Below, in pieces: positions 28,003 to 37,825 of a DNA stretch of 49,755 nucleotides. Under the pieces are notes generated by a model that saw only the letters and a program-made list of their open reading frames with translations, searched no databases and was not told the origin of the DNA. Each line of letters opens with the position of its first letter. Position 1 is the stretch's first letter. This DNA is from Candidatus Zixiibacteriota bacterium (GTDB taxonomy: Bacteria; Zixibacteria; MSB-5A5; GN15; JAAZOE01). The stretch is taken from positions 1-49,755 of the forward strand of contig JBDREQ010000014.1 in the NCBI GenBank assembly GCA_043819555.1, given 5' to 3'. The translations under genes were made by a program, and so were the position numbers.

Positions 28003-30858
28003 ATGAAGAAAAATATCTTATATGTGTTGATATTTATAGTTTTTTTTTACGGGCATAATTCAAATGCTAAAACCGTATTTCCAAAGAATTTGAATCAAAA
28101 GATTGCCTTGGGCGAAAATTATTGTTTTCAAAAATTGACCGATACTCTTGGAAATTTATGGATTCCGTTTTCCAATCGCATGGGTATTGGTGATCCTTTT
28201 GGTAATAGTGATTTGTTTCCCCAGGATGAGGAATTGTCTGGTAATATAGCTGTTGAATTTAATGCTGTTATCAATAAGCGTACTCAAGTCGATTATCTCC
28301 ATTCCGCCGGATTATGGATTGGCGGGATAAAGGGCGACGATACTTTGGTTTCGCATTCGTTTGATTATACTGCCCCCACCCCGGAATTAAATCCTCTGGC
28401 CTGTCCGGAGGGCCAAATTATAACTTCCAGCGATTGGGCCGATCTGGAAATTATGGCAACGGCATTTGATACAATAATAATAGGGGATACAACATCCAGG
28501 TGTTATCTGGGTGATTGCCGGGATTGGTATCCTCTTGGTATCAAGGTGACGTCTCACAGTTATAAATGGGTCACACCGCCATACGATAAGATCGAATTGG
28601 TTGAATACACGATTACAAATATTGACAGTATGCCTCTGGAGAAGGGTTGGGTTGGCATATATGCCGATTGCGATGTTGGATATCGCACGCCCGGTTATGA
28701 GAATGATGATATTTCAGGATTTATAAATGGCGCGATAGACGGCCAGGGTAATTGGGCTGAATTAAACGTTGCTTATTCAATGGATATGGACGGCGATCCT
28801 GAAAATAATAAATTTACTGATACATCTCCGCGAGGCGCCTTTGGGATTCAGGTACTGGGATTATCAATTCCTGATTATCGGGTAAATTACAACTGGTGGA
28901 TTGACAATCATGATACCTGGTTGGAATGGGCGCCGCGACAACGTGGAGGTGAAATGCGGGACTTGGGAAATTCAATGGCGATTGCTTATGGGGACAGCAA
29001 TAAATATTATCTAATGTCATATACGGAAATCGATTATAATCAAATTGAGGCAGGTCTCAGCCATCCCCAATGGAATGATCCTGATATAATCGGCAATGAG
29101 ATTGCCAGAGGCAATGACACGCGATTTTTAATTTCGGCCGGGCCGTTTGATCTTCAGCCACTGGAAGAGGTAACTTTTATGGTGGCGTATTTGGCAGCTG
29201 ATTCAATTCTTAATAATCCGTTTATCAATATTTGGTTCAATCCGTCAAATCCGCTGGCAGTTTCGGACTGGTATGAGGTTTCTGATTTCAGTGGATTAAC
29301 GGAAGCGGCTTTTGCAGCCATGGATATTTATAAAAATGGGTTAGATTATCCACCCCCTGGGCCTCCCGACAATCTGTTTTTGGCTGATTTCGATAATACC
29401 TCGGTAACTTTGGTCTGGACCGGAAAATATGCCATTGATCTTGCGGGCTATTATGTGTATGCACGAACAGGAAATGACGAGTGGTTGCGGGTTTCTGACA
29501 TATTGTGGATCAATGATACTACCGCAACGATAAATAATCTCGATTATGAAACGGAATATAAGTTCTCCGTGGCGGCGGTTGATATAAACGGCGGGGTCGG
29601 TAAATTGTCTGCTGAAGTGGCCGTTGTGGTCGGTGGCCCTCGTCCCCCAACACTATTGACAGGATCCGGTAATCAGGCATTTCCCAATTTATCCTGGTCA
29701 CATTCAAGTAGTCTGGATGTGATATCTTATAATATTTATCGGCGCGATGAACAATACAAGTTTTATAAAGTGATCGCCAATGCCGGCGATACGAATTTTA
29801 TTGATCTGTCAGCTCGGTCCGGAAATCGATATGAATATTACGTGGCGTCAGTTAATTCCCGCGGGTTTGAATCCCCGCCGTCGATGAAGTTAAAAATATC
29901 CCCCATGGCGCTGACGTCGGGAATACTGGTTATTGATCAAAATTCCGGATTGTTATTTGATAATTTGGCGTTTGACCGGATGTTCCTGGATTCGCTTTTA
30001 GTCCGCGGGTTGGAAGGTATAAGATATACATATAAATTATACGACAAGAATAATCCCCTGACACTCGGCCAACTGTCCGATTACTCGCTTTTGATAATCA
30101 GCGCTGAGAATAGAGGGGGAGCATTAGCGGCCGAGCTCGAATACACGCTTGTGACTTACCTTTCAAATGGCGGTAAAGCGATTATTCTCCTCAGGCATTG
30201 CGGAATTGAAATTAAGTCAGAATCAGAGCCGAAGATTGTTCGATTTCGCCCCGAATCAATATTTGCCAAATTTCTAAAAATAGATTCGAGTTATATCGGG
30301 CCAACGGTTGTAACGGGCGGTTATAATCTCTATGGTGATTTAGCAGGAGCCCTACCCGTATTACCAGCATATCCACAATTGGCATGGGATAGCGTGCGGG
30401 CAAATCAATTCGGATATGGTATAAATACGGGTTTGCCATACTGCGGGATAATATGGCCGGCGGCTGATGCCGAGATTATTTATCGCTATCAATCTTCATC
30501 GAGTGGAAATTTTCCAGATAATGAAGCCAATGGCATAAAGTATTTGGGTGAGAACTATAGTTTTTATCTGCTGAATTTCCCTTTATCATTAATGGAGTTG
30601 GACGAAGCATCGTTATTGTTGCGGAATATGGTGGATGAGTTAAATGAGCAGGAAATATGCGGGGATATTAACGCCGATAACCGGCTAAATATCGCCGATA
30701 TTGTATCCTATGTGCGTTATCTGTACTATGAGGAGGAACCTTCGAAAATATATCAAAACGGCGACGTCGACTGCGATAGCGGATACGGAATGAGTGATTT
30801 GTTGATGCTGATTAATTTTTATTTGCGGCGGGGTTTATCTCCCAATTGTTGTGAGTAA
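28003..30858 (+). CDS. Large secreted protein: uncharacterised N-domain + 2 FN3 + alpha/beta domain + dockerin-like C-terminus
   Basis: Signal peptide; FN3 motifs (VTLVW...GYYVY...YKFSVAAVD; LSW...YNIYR...YEYYVASVN); CGDINADNRLNIAD...GDVDCD...CC. Confidence 0.85.
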   Translation: MKKNILYVLIFIVFFYGHNSNAKTVFPKNLNQKIALGENYCFQKLTDTLGNLWIPFSNRMGIGDPFGNSDLFPQDEELSGNIAVEFNAVINKRTQVDYLHSAGLWIGGIKGDDTLVSHSFDYTAPTPELNPLACPEGQIITSSDWADLEIMATAFDTIIIGDTTSRCYLGDCRDWYPLGIKVTSHSYKWVTPPYDKIELVEYTITNIDSMPLEKGWVGIYADCDVGYRTPGYENDDISGFINGAIDGQGNWAELNVAYSMDMDGDPENNKFTDTSPRGAFGIQVLGLSIPDYRVNYNWWIDNHDTWLEWAPRQRGGEMRDLGNSMAIAYGDSNKYYLMSYTEIDYNQIEAGLSHPQWNDPDIIGNEIARGNDTRFLISAGPFDLQPLEEVTFMVAYLAADSILNNPFINIWFNPSNPLAVSDWYEVSDFSGLTEAAFAAMDIYKNGLDYPPPGPPDNLFLADFDNTSVTLVWTGKYAIDLAGYYVYARTGNDEWLRVSDILWINDTTATINNLDYETEYKFSVAAVDINGGVGKLSAEVAVVVGGPRPPTLLTGSGNQAFPNLSWSHSSSLDVISYNIYRRDEQYKFYKVIANAGDTNFIDLSARSGNRYEYYVASVNSRGFESPPSMKLKISPMALTSGILVIDQNSGLLFDNLAFDRMFLDSLLVRGLEGIRYTYKLYDKNNPLTLGQLSDYSLLIISAENRGGALAAELEYTLVTYLSNGGKAIILLRHCGIEIKSESEPKIVRFRPESIFAKFLKIDSSYIGPTVVTGGYNLYGDLAGALPVLPAYPQLAWDSVRANQFGYGINTGLPYCGIIWPAADAEIIYRYQSSSSGNFPDNEANGIKYLGENYSFYLLNFPLSLMELDEASLLLRNMVDELNEQEICGDINADNRLNIADIVSYVRYLYYEEEPSKIYQNGDVDCDSGYGMSDLLMLINFYLRRGLSPNCCE

Positions 30859-30873
30859 ATAGTGTGAGATGGG

Positions 30874-33828
30874 ATGAGAGAATTAATCACAAAATATAAG
30901 CAGTTATCATCTAAGAGGGCTAAGTTTTCGCAAATTATCCCGTTACTCGTTACTCTTGTACTTTTACATTTTTTTGCGACGATAACGTTGGGATCAGATA
31001 ATTGGATAAAAACTAATCCCCGGGTTAATATGGGTTTATCATCGTCTCTCGCCGTTCAGTCCGATACAGTATTGAGAATTTTAATACCGGCGTCAGAACT
31101 AAGACATCTTGGATTGCACAATTCCGGTAAGTGGAATTTTTCACTTGCCAATGGCCGTATTCCAAGTTTTGGCGGATTGGTTGATCCTGAAACAGGTGAG
31201 ATTTCAACCAATGCGTCTTTCCCAAAGGAAACTAGTAACTCATACATTTATACAATTTTGCTTTGGATAGGCGGGGTCGTAGATATTGATACTCTGGTAT
31301 CCACAGCAGCGGACCAGGTTACTTTGAGCGGTGGTTTTGAATTACTACCGGGCGCACCTCAAGTCGGCGGAATGAAGCGGACGGGCAATTTTGCTGATGA
31401 TGAATTTGTAGCTTTTTATAGCGATACAATAAGCGATCCCAGGTTCAATGGAGTTCCTAATCAATTTGAAGATGACCCCACGCATGTTCCGCTGGGAATA
31501 GAAATAAAACAGGAAAGCAATAGCTGGGCAGATAATTTATACGATGATTTTGTTTTGATTAAGTTCACCCTCAAAAATATCCTTAATAAAGATATCAAAA
31601 ATGGTTGGGCGGGATTATATATCGATCCCGATATATATAATCTTAATACCTCGGCAGCTGGTTGGACGGATGATATCAGCGGGTTAATTGATACCCTTAT
31701 TGATGAAGGCGATCCGGCCAGCCGACTCTTTATTCCCTACTGCTTTGATAACAACGGCGATCCTGAAGGTAATAGTCGGTGGGATTCTTCATCGGTGAGG
31801 GGGGCAGTTTCGCTTCGGTTGGTGGCTTCGAGTTTTGAAAATCCGATTCAAAATTTCAATTGGTGGGTTCCCAGCGGAAATCCCAATATTGATTTTGGGC
31901 CCCGTATGATTGGCACGACCGAGGATCCTTATCGCGTATTTACAGGTGGTTTTACCGGCAGTCCATATCGACAGCAGGACAAATATTATATGATGGCCCA
32001 TTCGGAAATTGATTATGACCAGTTGTTCGTTGCCATCATGGATTCCACCGATGGTTGGATTCCTCCTGCTGACCCGACAAATCTCATCACAGCCGATACC
32101 CGATTTTTGCTTTCGTTTGGACCTTTTGATTTACCGCCCGGAGATTCGGTTTGGTTTACCGTAGCTTGCGTAGTATCCGATAGTTTCCATGTCGAACCCA
32201 ATGATTACGCGCGTTATTTTGATCCGGAATCTCCCAGTGATTTTAAAAATCGCCTTGATTTTTCGAGAATTATTGATGATCACCGCCGGATAGATTCGGT
32301 ATATAATTCCAATCTCTTACTGCCGAAACCCGGTCCACCGGTTGGATTAGAAATTGTTGAATCTCTGGAAAATTCAATAAAATTAACGTGGAACAGGTGT
32401 CAGCGTCCCGACATTTATGGTTACAATGTTTACGTTAAAGACACCGTCACAGGTAATAAATGGCACCGTTCGTCGCTTTTGCCAATAATCGATACGACTT
32501 TTGTATTTTCCGGAGCACAATTGATGCATCATCTTATGTTCTCCGTTTCAGCGCTGGACACTTCCGGAAGAGAATCCGGAATAGCCTTTTATCGTGACAT
32601 TACTTTTGGTCGTCCGCTTCCGCCGGGAAATTTGGATGTTCAAACGGAGGACGGATTACCGTTATTATCGTGGAAACCGCCCTCCGATACCGGCTTGTAT
32701 ACCTATTATATTTATCGCTCAAGGTGGCGGGAGACATTCGGATTATATGATTCGACAGTGTCTTTGATATATAAAGATGCGGGTGTTGAAACGGGAATTT
32801 CGTACAGATATTATCTGACAGCCAATAGTATTCTTAATTTGGAATCGTTTCCATCCAATGAAGTGACTTTTTTATATATGTCAATGGATGAAGGAATCCT
32901 ATTCGTAAATGGAAATTTGGAGCAAGGGCCTCAAATTGACGCATATCGCGCAGAAAATGTTATGGAATTGATGCGAAACGTAAATGCCGGAATTGATGTT
33001 ACCTATCAGGAAGTCTGGAGAGAAAATATTAACTTAAATAAAATGAGCCGTTATGAGACGGTAATTATTGATGTTGAAAAAAGTGGGGTGACACTTTCGA
33101 ATTCGCAATTGGATAGCCTTGCGATTTATCTTTCAAATGGCGGCAACGTGATGTTGATTATGCCCAATGTCAGCCAGTCAAACCCCGGTATGAATCAAAT
33201 ATTCACCATACATTATGGCGATGGCGATTTCTTTCATGATTATTTGTTTCTTGATAGTGTGTTGGTAAACGGTTTCGCCTTTCAAAACGGAGCTATTGTT
33301 GGCGATTTGGAGGGTTCTCTATCTGAAATGGGTGAATATCCAAATCTATTAGCCGATACTCAAAAACTGCTGACTTCCACAATTCCGATTGAGGGCTATA
33401 TTCCACTCTCCGGATGCTTATTTCCAGAAGATTTCAATGTGGAGACAATTTATAGGTATAATTCTTCATTTCCCGATTCCGTAATGAACAATCAGATTAA
33501 CGGTATTCGTTATTTGGGTGATGACTATCGCACTGTTTTATTTAATTTTCCCTTATCTCTGATGTCGTATCCCGGCCATATTAAGGCATTTCGCCAGGGC
33601 TTAAGGGATTTGGGCGTGGATGTGGATTGCGGTGATGCCAATAATGATAAACGTGTCAATATCTCTGATGCGGTATATATTTTAAATTATTTATACCTGG
33701 GGGGAACGGCTCCAGATAAGAGGAAATCAGATTTGGATTGCAATGATGTTGTGGAGCTGGCTGATGTTTTGATACTTATAAATCGTGTTTTCCGCAAAGG
33801 TTACGCCCTTTCGTGCTGCCCAAACTGA
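30874..33828 (+). CDS. Paralog of the preceding gene (FN3 + dockerin-like secreted protein)
   Basis: Shared LWIGG..DTLVS, PLGI, NWW, KYY.M..EIDY.Q, DTRFL.S.GPFDL, YLSNGG and NFPLSLM motifs; CGDANNDKRVNISDAVY...CC. Confidence 0.85.
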   Translation: MRELITKYKQLSSKRAKFSQIIPLLVTLVLLHFFATITLGSDNWIKTNPRVNMGLSSSLAVQSDTVLRILIPASELRHLGLHNSGKWNFSLANGRIPSFGGLVDPETGEISTNASFPKETSNSYIYTILLWIGGVVDIDTLVSTAADQVTLSGGFELLPGAPQVGGMKRTGNFADDEFVAFYSDTISDPRFNGVPNQFEDDPTHVPLGIEIKQESNSWADNLYDDFVLIKFTLKNILNKDIKNGWAGLYIDPDIYNLNTSAAGWTDDISGLIDTLIDEGDPASRLFIPYCFDNNGDPEGNSRWDSSSVRGAVSLRLVASSFENPIQNFNWWVPSGNPNIDFGPRMIGTTEDPYRVFTGGFTGSPYRQQDKYYMMAHSEIDYDQLFVAIMDSTDGWIPPADPTNLITADTRFLLSFGPFDLPPGDSVWFTVACVVSDSFHVEPNDYARYFDPESPSDFKNRLDFSRIIDDHRRIDSVYNSNLLLPKPGPPVGLEIVESLENSIKLTWNRCQRPDIYGYNVYVKDTVTGNKWHRSSLLPIIDTTFVFSGAQLMHHLMFSVSALDTSGRESGIAFYRDITFGRPLPPGNLDVQTEDGLPLLSWKPPSDTGLYTYYIYRSRWRETFGLYDSTVSLIYKDAGVETGISYRYYLTANSILNLESFPSNEVTFLYMSMDEGILFVNGNLEQGPQIDAYRAENVMELMRNVNAGIDVTYQEVWRENINLNKMSRYETVIIDVEKSGVTLSNSQLDSLAIYLSNGGNVMLIMPNVSQSNPGMNQIFTIHYGDGDFFHDYLFLDSVLVNGFAFQNGAIVGDLEGSLSEMGEYPNLLADTQKLLTSTIPIEGYIPLSGCLFPEDFNVETIYRYNSSFPDSVMNNQINGIRYLGDDYRTVLFNFPLSLMSYPGHIKAFRQGLRDLGVDVDCGDANNDKRVNISDAVYILNYLYLGGTAPDKRKSDLDCNDVVELADVLILINRVFRKGYALSCCPN

Positions 33829-33882
33829 ATTTCTTGTCAAAATCTTTGTTGTAAGAGAATTTAAAGCGTATATTATTCTATC

Positions 33883-34689
33883 ATGCCGGAAAATAATACA
33901 GATGAGAAGATGGATCGCCGTCTGGGCGACGAATGGGTTGACTGGAACGGAGAAATTGATACATCAGCTGATGCCGATCCCCGGATATTTATTGGGACAG
34001 CTATGGCGGCAATTGTTGTTATCCTTGGTATAACAGCGTTATTCGTCTGGTTAGTCTATCCGCGTCTCCTTCAGATGAGCTCTATGGCCGGCCCGGTTAT
34101 CAATTTTTCTTATCTCACGTTTGCATCGATTCTCGTTGCCTGGCTGATATTATTTATTTGGGGGGCCTTAACGAGACGGCCTTTTTTGTCAGGTTTAGTA
34201 GTCGTGCCCAAATTGGTCAATCTCCTGCTTGATATTACAATCAAGATCGGAAAAGTATTTGGCATCTCAAAAGACCGACTAATTAATTCATTTTTGAAAC
34301 TGCATAATTTATTTATTGATAGCGATCCTCTACGAGTACCGACCGACAAAATTATGCTTCTGCTGCCGCGGTGCCTGAGTAAGGAGATGTTTAAGGCTAT
34401 CAAGTCTATGCGGGAATCTTACGGTTTCATTATGGCCACGGCCGGAGGCGGCGGTGAGGCGCGTAATAAAATTCGTAAAATGCGGCCCGGTTTAATTATT
34501 GCCGTTGCCTGTGAACGAGATTTGTTGTCGGGTTTTATCGACGTCAATCCTCACATCCCGGTTATTGGATTTCCCAATATTCGACCCAGCGGACCATGTA
34601 AGGATACCGAAGTCAATTTGCAGACGATTGAAAGCACAATTAAACGGCACTCAATTCCAGATAAGCAAATAAAAAATGAGCGCATATAA
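33883..34689 (+). CDS. DUF116-family membrane protein
   Basis: RRLGDEW.DW N-terminus, 2 TM segments, LLLPRCL, IAVACERDL, GPCKDT. Confidence 0.85.
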   Translation: MPENNTDEKMDRRLGDEWVDWNGEIDTSADADPRIFIGTAMAAIVVILGITALFVWLVYPRLLQMSSMAGPVINFSYLTFASILVAWLILFIWGALTRRPFLSGLVVVPKLVNLLLDITIKIGKVFGISKDRLINSFLKLHNLFIDSDPLRVPTDKIMLLLPRCLSKEMFKAIKSMRESYGFIMATAGGGGEARNKIRKMRPGLIIAVACERDLLSGFIDVNPHIPVIGFPNIRPSGPCKDTEVNLQTIESTIKRHSIPDKQIKNERI

Positions 34690-35647
34690 ACGCGCGTCGA
34701 ATCGACAGATAATAATCGGCGTCAGTTCCTGCCTTATAGGAGCTCGTTTTCGTTATGATGGACAGCATCATCGCGATCGTTATATAACGGATATTCTGGG
34801 CGAATATTTTGAGTTTCTTCCCATTTGTCCTGAACTGGGGGCGGGTATGGGAATCCTTCGTGAATCGGTTCGACTGCAGGGCAATCCCGATTCACCGCGC
34901 ATGATTGGAAATAAGTCGGAGAAAGACTGGACGTCGAAAATTTTATCTTTTTCCCGTGCCAAGATATCAAAATAAGATTTTTCCGATCTATCCGGATTTA
35001 TTTTCAAAAAGAATTCACCAAGTTGCGGCATGGAAGGAGTGCGCCTTTTCAACGATACAGGTTCATTTAGAAAAAATGGAATTGGAGTCTTTGCCCGAAC
35101 CGTAATGGCCAAATATCCGCTTCTTCCGGCCGAGGAAGAGAGCCGCCTGCTCGACATCCATATTCAAGAAAATTTTATTGAGCGCGTTTTTGCCTATCAT
35201 CGCCTAAATAATTTATTTAACAATGGTTATTCCCGGAAAAGAATAATTGAATTTCACACTGTCAGTAAATATCAGATTCTATCCCACAGTCAAAAGCATT
35301 ATACTGAACTGGGACGGATGGTGGCCAGCATCAAACAATTTACTCCGGCGCAATTTAAAAAAAGTTATTGCCGCCTTTATATGGAGGCTATGAAAATTAA
35401 AGCAACGGTGAAGAAGATTGTTAATGTCTTGCAGCATATCCTTGGATTTTTGAAAGATAATCTGAATTCAGAGGATAAGAAATATATCTTGAGAGTAATT
35501 GATGTTTATCGTAAGAATCGGGCGCCGCTTATTGTACCGATCACGATATTGCGATTATTTATCACGAAATTTAATGTATCGTATATTGCCAGCCAGATCT
35601 ATCTCAATCCTCATCCCAGGGAATTAATGCTTAAAAATCACTCGTAA
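34676..35647 (+). pseudogene. DUF523 (thiouracil desulfidase-like) - DUF1722 (YbgA) fusion interrupted by an in-frame TAA
   Basis: GVSSCLIG..RYDG..CPE; TAA at 34973-34975; the same frame continues DFSDLSGFIFKKNSPSCGME...NVLQHILGF...YLNPHPRELMLKNH. Confidence 0.85.
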
Positions 35648-35655
35648 CGCGGATG

Positions 35656-37470
35656 CTAACCTGCTGGAGTCTTAATTTTAGATTGCTCAAATATGGAATC
35701 AGATTTCAATGCATCAGATTCCGTTGGCAACTGGTGCAGCTTTGTCATTAGTAAATCAAGATTATCCTCGATAGACATGATATCTTCGATGCCTTGATCC
35801 AGTAAAATCGTCAGATGATTTAGTGAATCAGGGTCGGTCAGGACATAGGCCGGGAGATATTTTAGATTTATGTCATATTTATATAAATTAGCGGTCAGGA
35901 GAGTAATGTCATCTGGTTTACCGGGTACGACTAACACAACCGCATCGGGTTTACTGCGGCGGTATAAAGCGACAAATGTTTCAACTGAATCGACAATAAT
36001 TGTCCTGAAACCATCATTTTTTAGTCTCATTTCCAGAGGCGAATGAGACGTCAAATCTTCGGCATAAATCATTATTTGTCCGGCTTCGCAGCTTTGATGA
36101 ATTAGCGATATCTCTTCCTGAATCATCTCAATAAAGGCATCAAGGACTTTGGGCAGGAATAAGCGTCCGGCAAGACCTTTTAAGTTCTCTTTGACCTCAT
36201 CAAATCTATAGAGCGAAAGTTTTTCGTCCGGAGGAATACTATCGGCAAATAGATCGATGATTGTCAATATATTTCCCCCGAGAATTTCAATTGGCAGGCG
36301 CCGCGTGTACTTTTCTTTCAAATCGAGATACATGCCCTGCAAAATGCCGACAATTGATGGCTCACATCCCAGGGAGGAAAGTAATTTGGCGGTCAATTTC
36401 ACGACTCTGCGGTTGTCTTCCGAATTATGAGTGCGATAATAATAACGGGCCAGATCGTGCAAGTATCCCGCGGTCGAGATTGCCATTTTATCTTTGGCGG
36501 GCAATCGCATTTCATTACATAGTTTTTCCACATAGGCTCCTACGCGACCGCTGTGATTTACTTTCATCCCGGAGAGCGATGATAATAAGGATGTTAAAAT
36601 ATCAAGGGGATTAGCACCGCTATTGGAAGGCATATGCAAGTTTCCGGAATTGAAAAGCAGGTTCGATGGAGTATCGAAATATTGTACCACGGTTTTGGGT
36701 GATATTTTGCGAACGCGATCGATTAAATCGATATAATCTCCCGGGACCGTATCCTTAATAAGAACGTAGCCATATTCGTTATTATCCAGAATATCTATGG
36801 CATTATCGGCAGAATCAATAATTGTAATATTATAGGCGTCATACTCAAGAATACTTTCTAATAGGATATTCGATTCGGCATCATCAGAAACTAATAATAT
36901 GCGTTTGTCCGGTTCTATATCCCCGTTCAATTTTCCCGCAGGGCGATAATTAGTAACGGTGTTGTCATCAGTGACGGCATTTTTTATTCCCAGCGCCAGT
37001 GCTTCGCCGATTGAAATTTGACGGTTGAGATAGTATTTATTAATGGCCAGAATTATCGACGCCTCGGTGGCAAGATATAGTTTGATATTTTTTCCCCGAC
37101 TGACAAATTTTAATTCTCGAATAAGTTGAGAATCGGTCGGGTCAAGACAGGCGATCTTAAGCAGATTGTTCTCAGGTTTATAATCAAACGGCATTACCAG
37201 TCGAGACATGGCGACTTTTTGAGGGACCATCTCGATTATCATTTTGTGAATATCGATTCGGGAGAGGATAACACCATCGCAATTCAGCTGCAACGATAAG
37301 ACTCGGACCAAGTTCTTTTCGTCGATATGACCCAAATGAAAGAGATGAGTTCCCAGTTTGCCCCCGAATTCACGCTGTCTGCCAAGCGCCTCTTTAATTT
37401 CCCGATCGGTTAGAAGGTTTTCGCCGATCAGGATTTCATCGAGACGTTTTTTGAAGTATTTGTGTTCCAT
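35656..37470 (-). CDS. MshEN/T2SSE_N + receiver-like + HD(-GYP-like) + receiver-like signalling protein
   Basis: RLDEILIGENLLTDREIKEALGRQ-x5-KLGTHLFHLGHIDEKNLVRVLSLQ; RILLVSDD; NHSGRV...AGYLHDL...ILTIIDLF; IMIYAED...PDAVVL. Confidence 0.8.
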   Translation of the reverse strand: MEHKYFKKRLDEILIGENLLTDREIKEALGRQREFGGKLGTHLFHLGHIDEKNLVRVLSLQLNCDGVILSRIDIHKMIIEMVPQKVAMSRLVMPFDYKPENNLLKIACLDPTDSQLIRELKFVSRGKNIKLYLATEASIILAINKYYLNRQISIGEALALGIKNAVTDDNTVTNYRPAGKLNGDIEPDKRILLVSDDAESNILLESILEYDAYNITIIDSADNAIDILDNNEYGYVLIKDTVPGDYIDLIDRVRKISPKTVVQYFDTPSNLLFNSGNLHMPSNSGANPLDILTSLLSSLSGMKVNHSGRVGAYVEKLCNEMRLPAKDKMAISTAGYLHDLARYYYRTHNSEDNRRVVKLTAKLLSSLGCEPSIVGILQGMYLDLKEKYTRRLPIEILGGNILTIIDLFADSIPPDEKLSLYRFDEVKENLKGLAGRLFLPKVLDAFIEMIQEEISLIHQSCEAGQIMIYAEDLTSHSPLEMRLKNDGFRTIIVDSVETFVALYRRSKPDAVVLVVPGKPDDITLLTANLYKYDINLKYLPAYVLTDPDSLNHLTILLDQGIEDIMSIEDNLDLLMTKLHQLPTESDALKSDSIFEQSKIKTPAG

Positions 37471-37559
37471 ATAAATTTGCTGCTCTCTCTTAATGAATAT
37501 CGCAATATACAGTCGAGCGGCTCTTGTCCGCCCGTCCTAAATTACTCCGTCTCTTCTCT

Positions 37560-37586
37560 ATATCGGTTGGAAGGAAGAATTTTTAA
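37560..37586 (-). promoter_or_regulatory. Possible sigma28-type promoter for the MshEN-HD gene
   Basis: Minus strand TTAAAAAT-N11-ACCGATAT; a weaker match than 15779-15805. Confidence 0.4.
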
Positions 37587-37825
37587 TACTCCAAACGTTG
37601 GCAGGAAAACTGCGGAATATTGATCATTTGGAAATAACCTTCGAGTTTAGGCAGAGATCTTCATTTATGGAATAATTTGTCTCTTTTTTTGTTTGATATC
37701 GGCCAGCTGTTATATTAGATTCAAACTAAAATCTAGAAGAATTGGGATGGTTATGTTTTTATCATAATTAAACCACCCAAGTCGTTATGAATAATAAAGA
37801 GGGATTAAATCAAGGGGAGATGAAA

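Noticed and set aside
28003..33828. Diversity-generating retroelement acting on the paralogs
   Set aside because: No reverse transcriptase, and no near-identical TR/VR pair with adenine-specific differences was seen; similarity is at the protein-motif level only.
34973..34975. Selenocysteine or pyrrolysine recoding
   Set aside because: The stop is TAA, not TGA or TAG, and it is not at a conserved Cys position.
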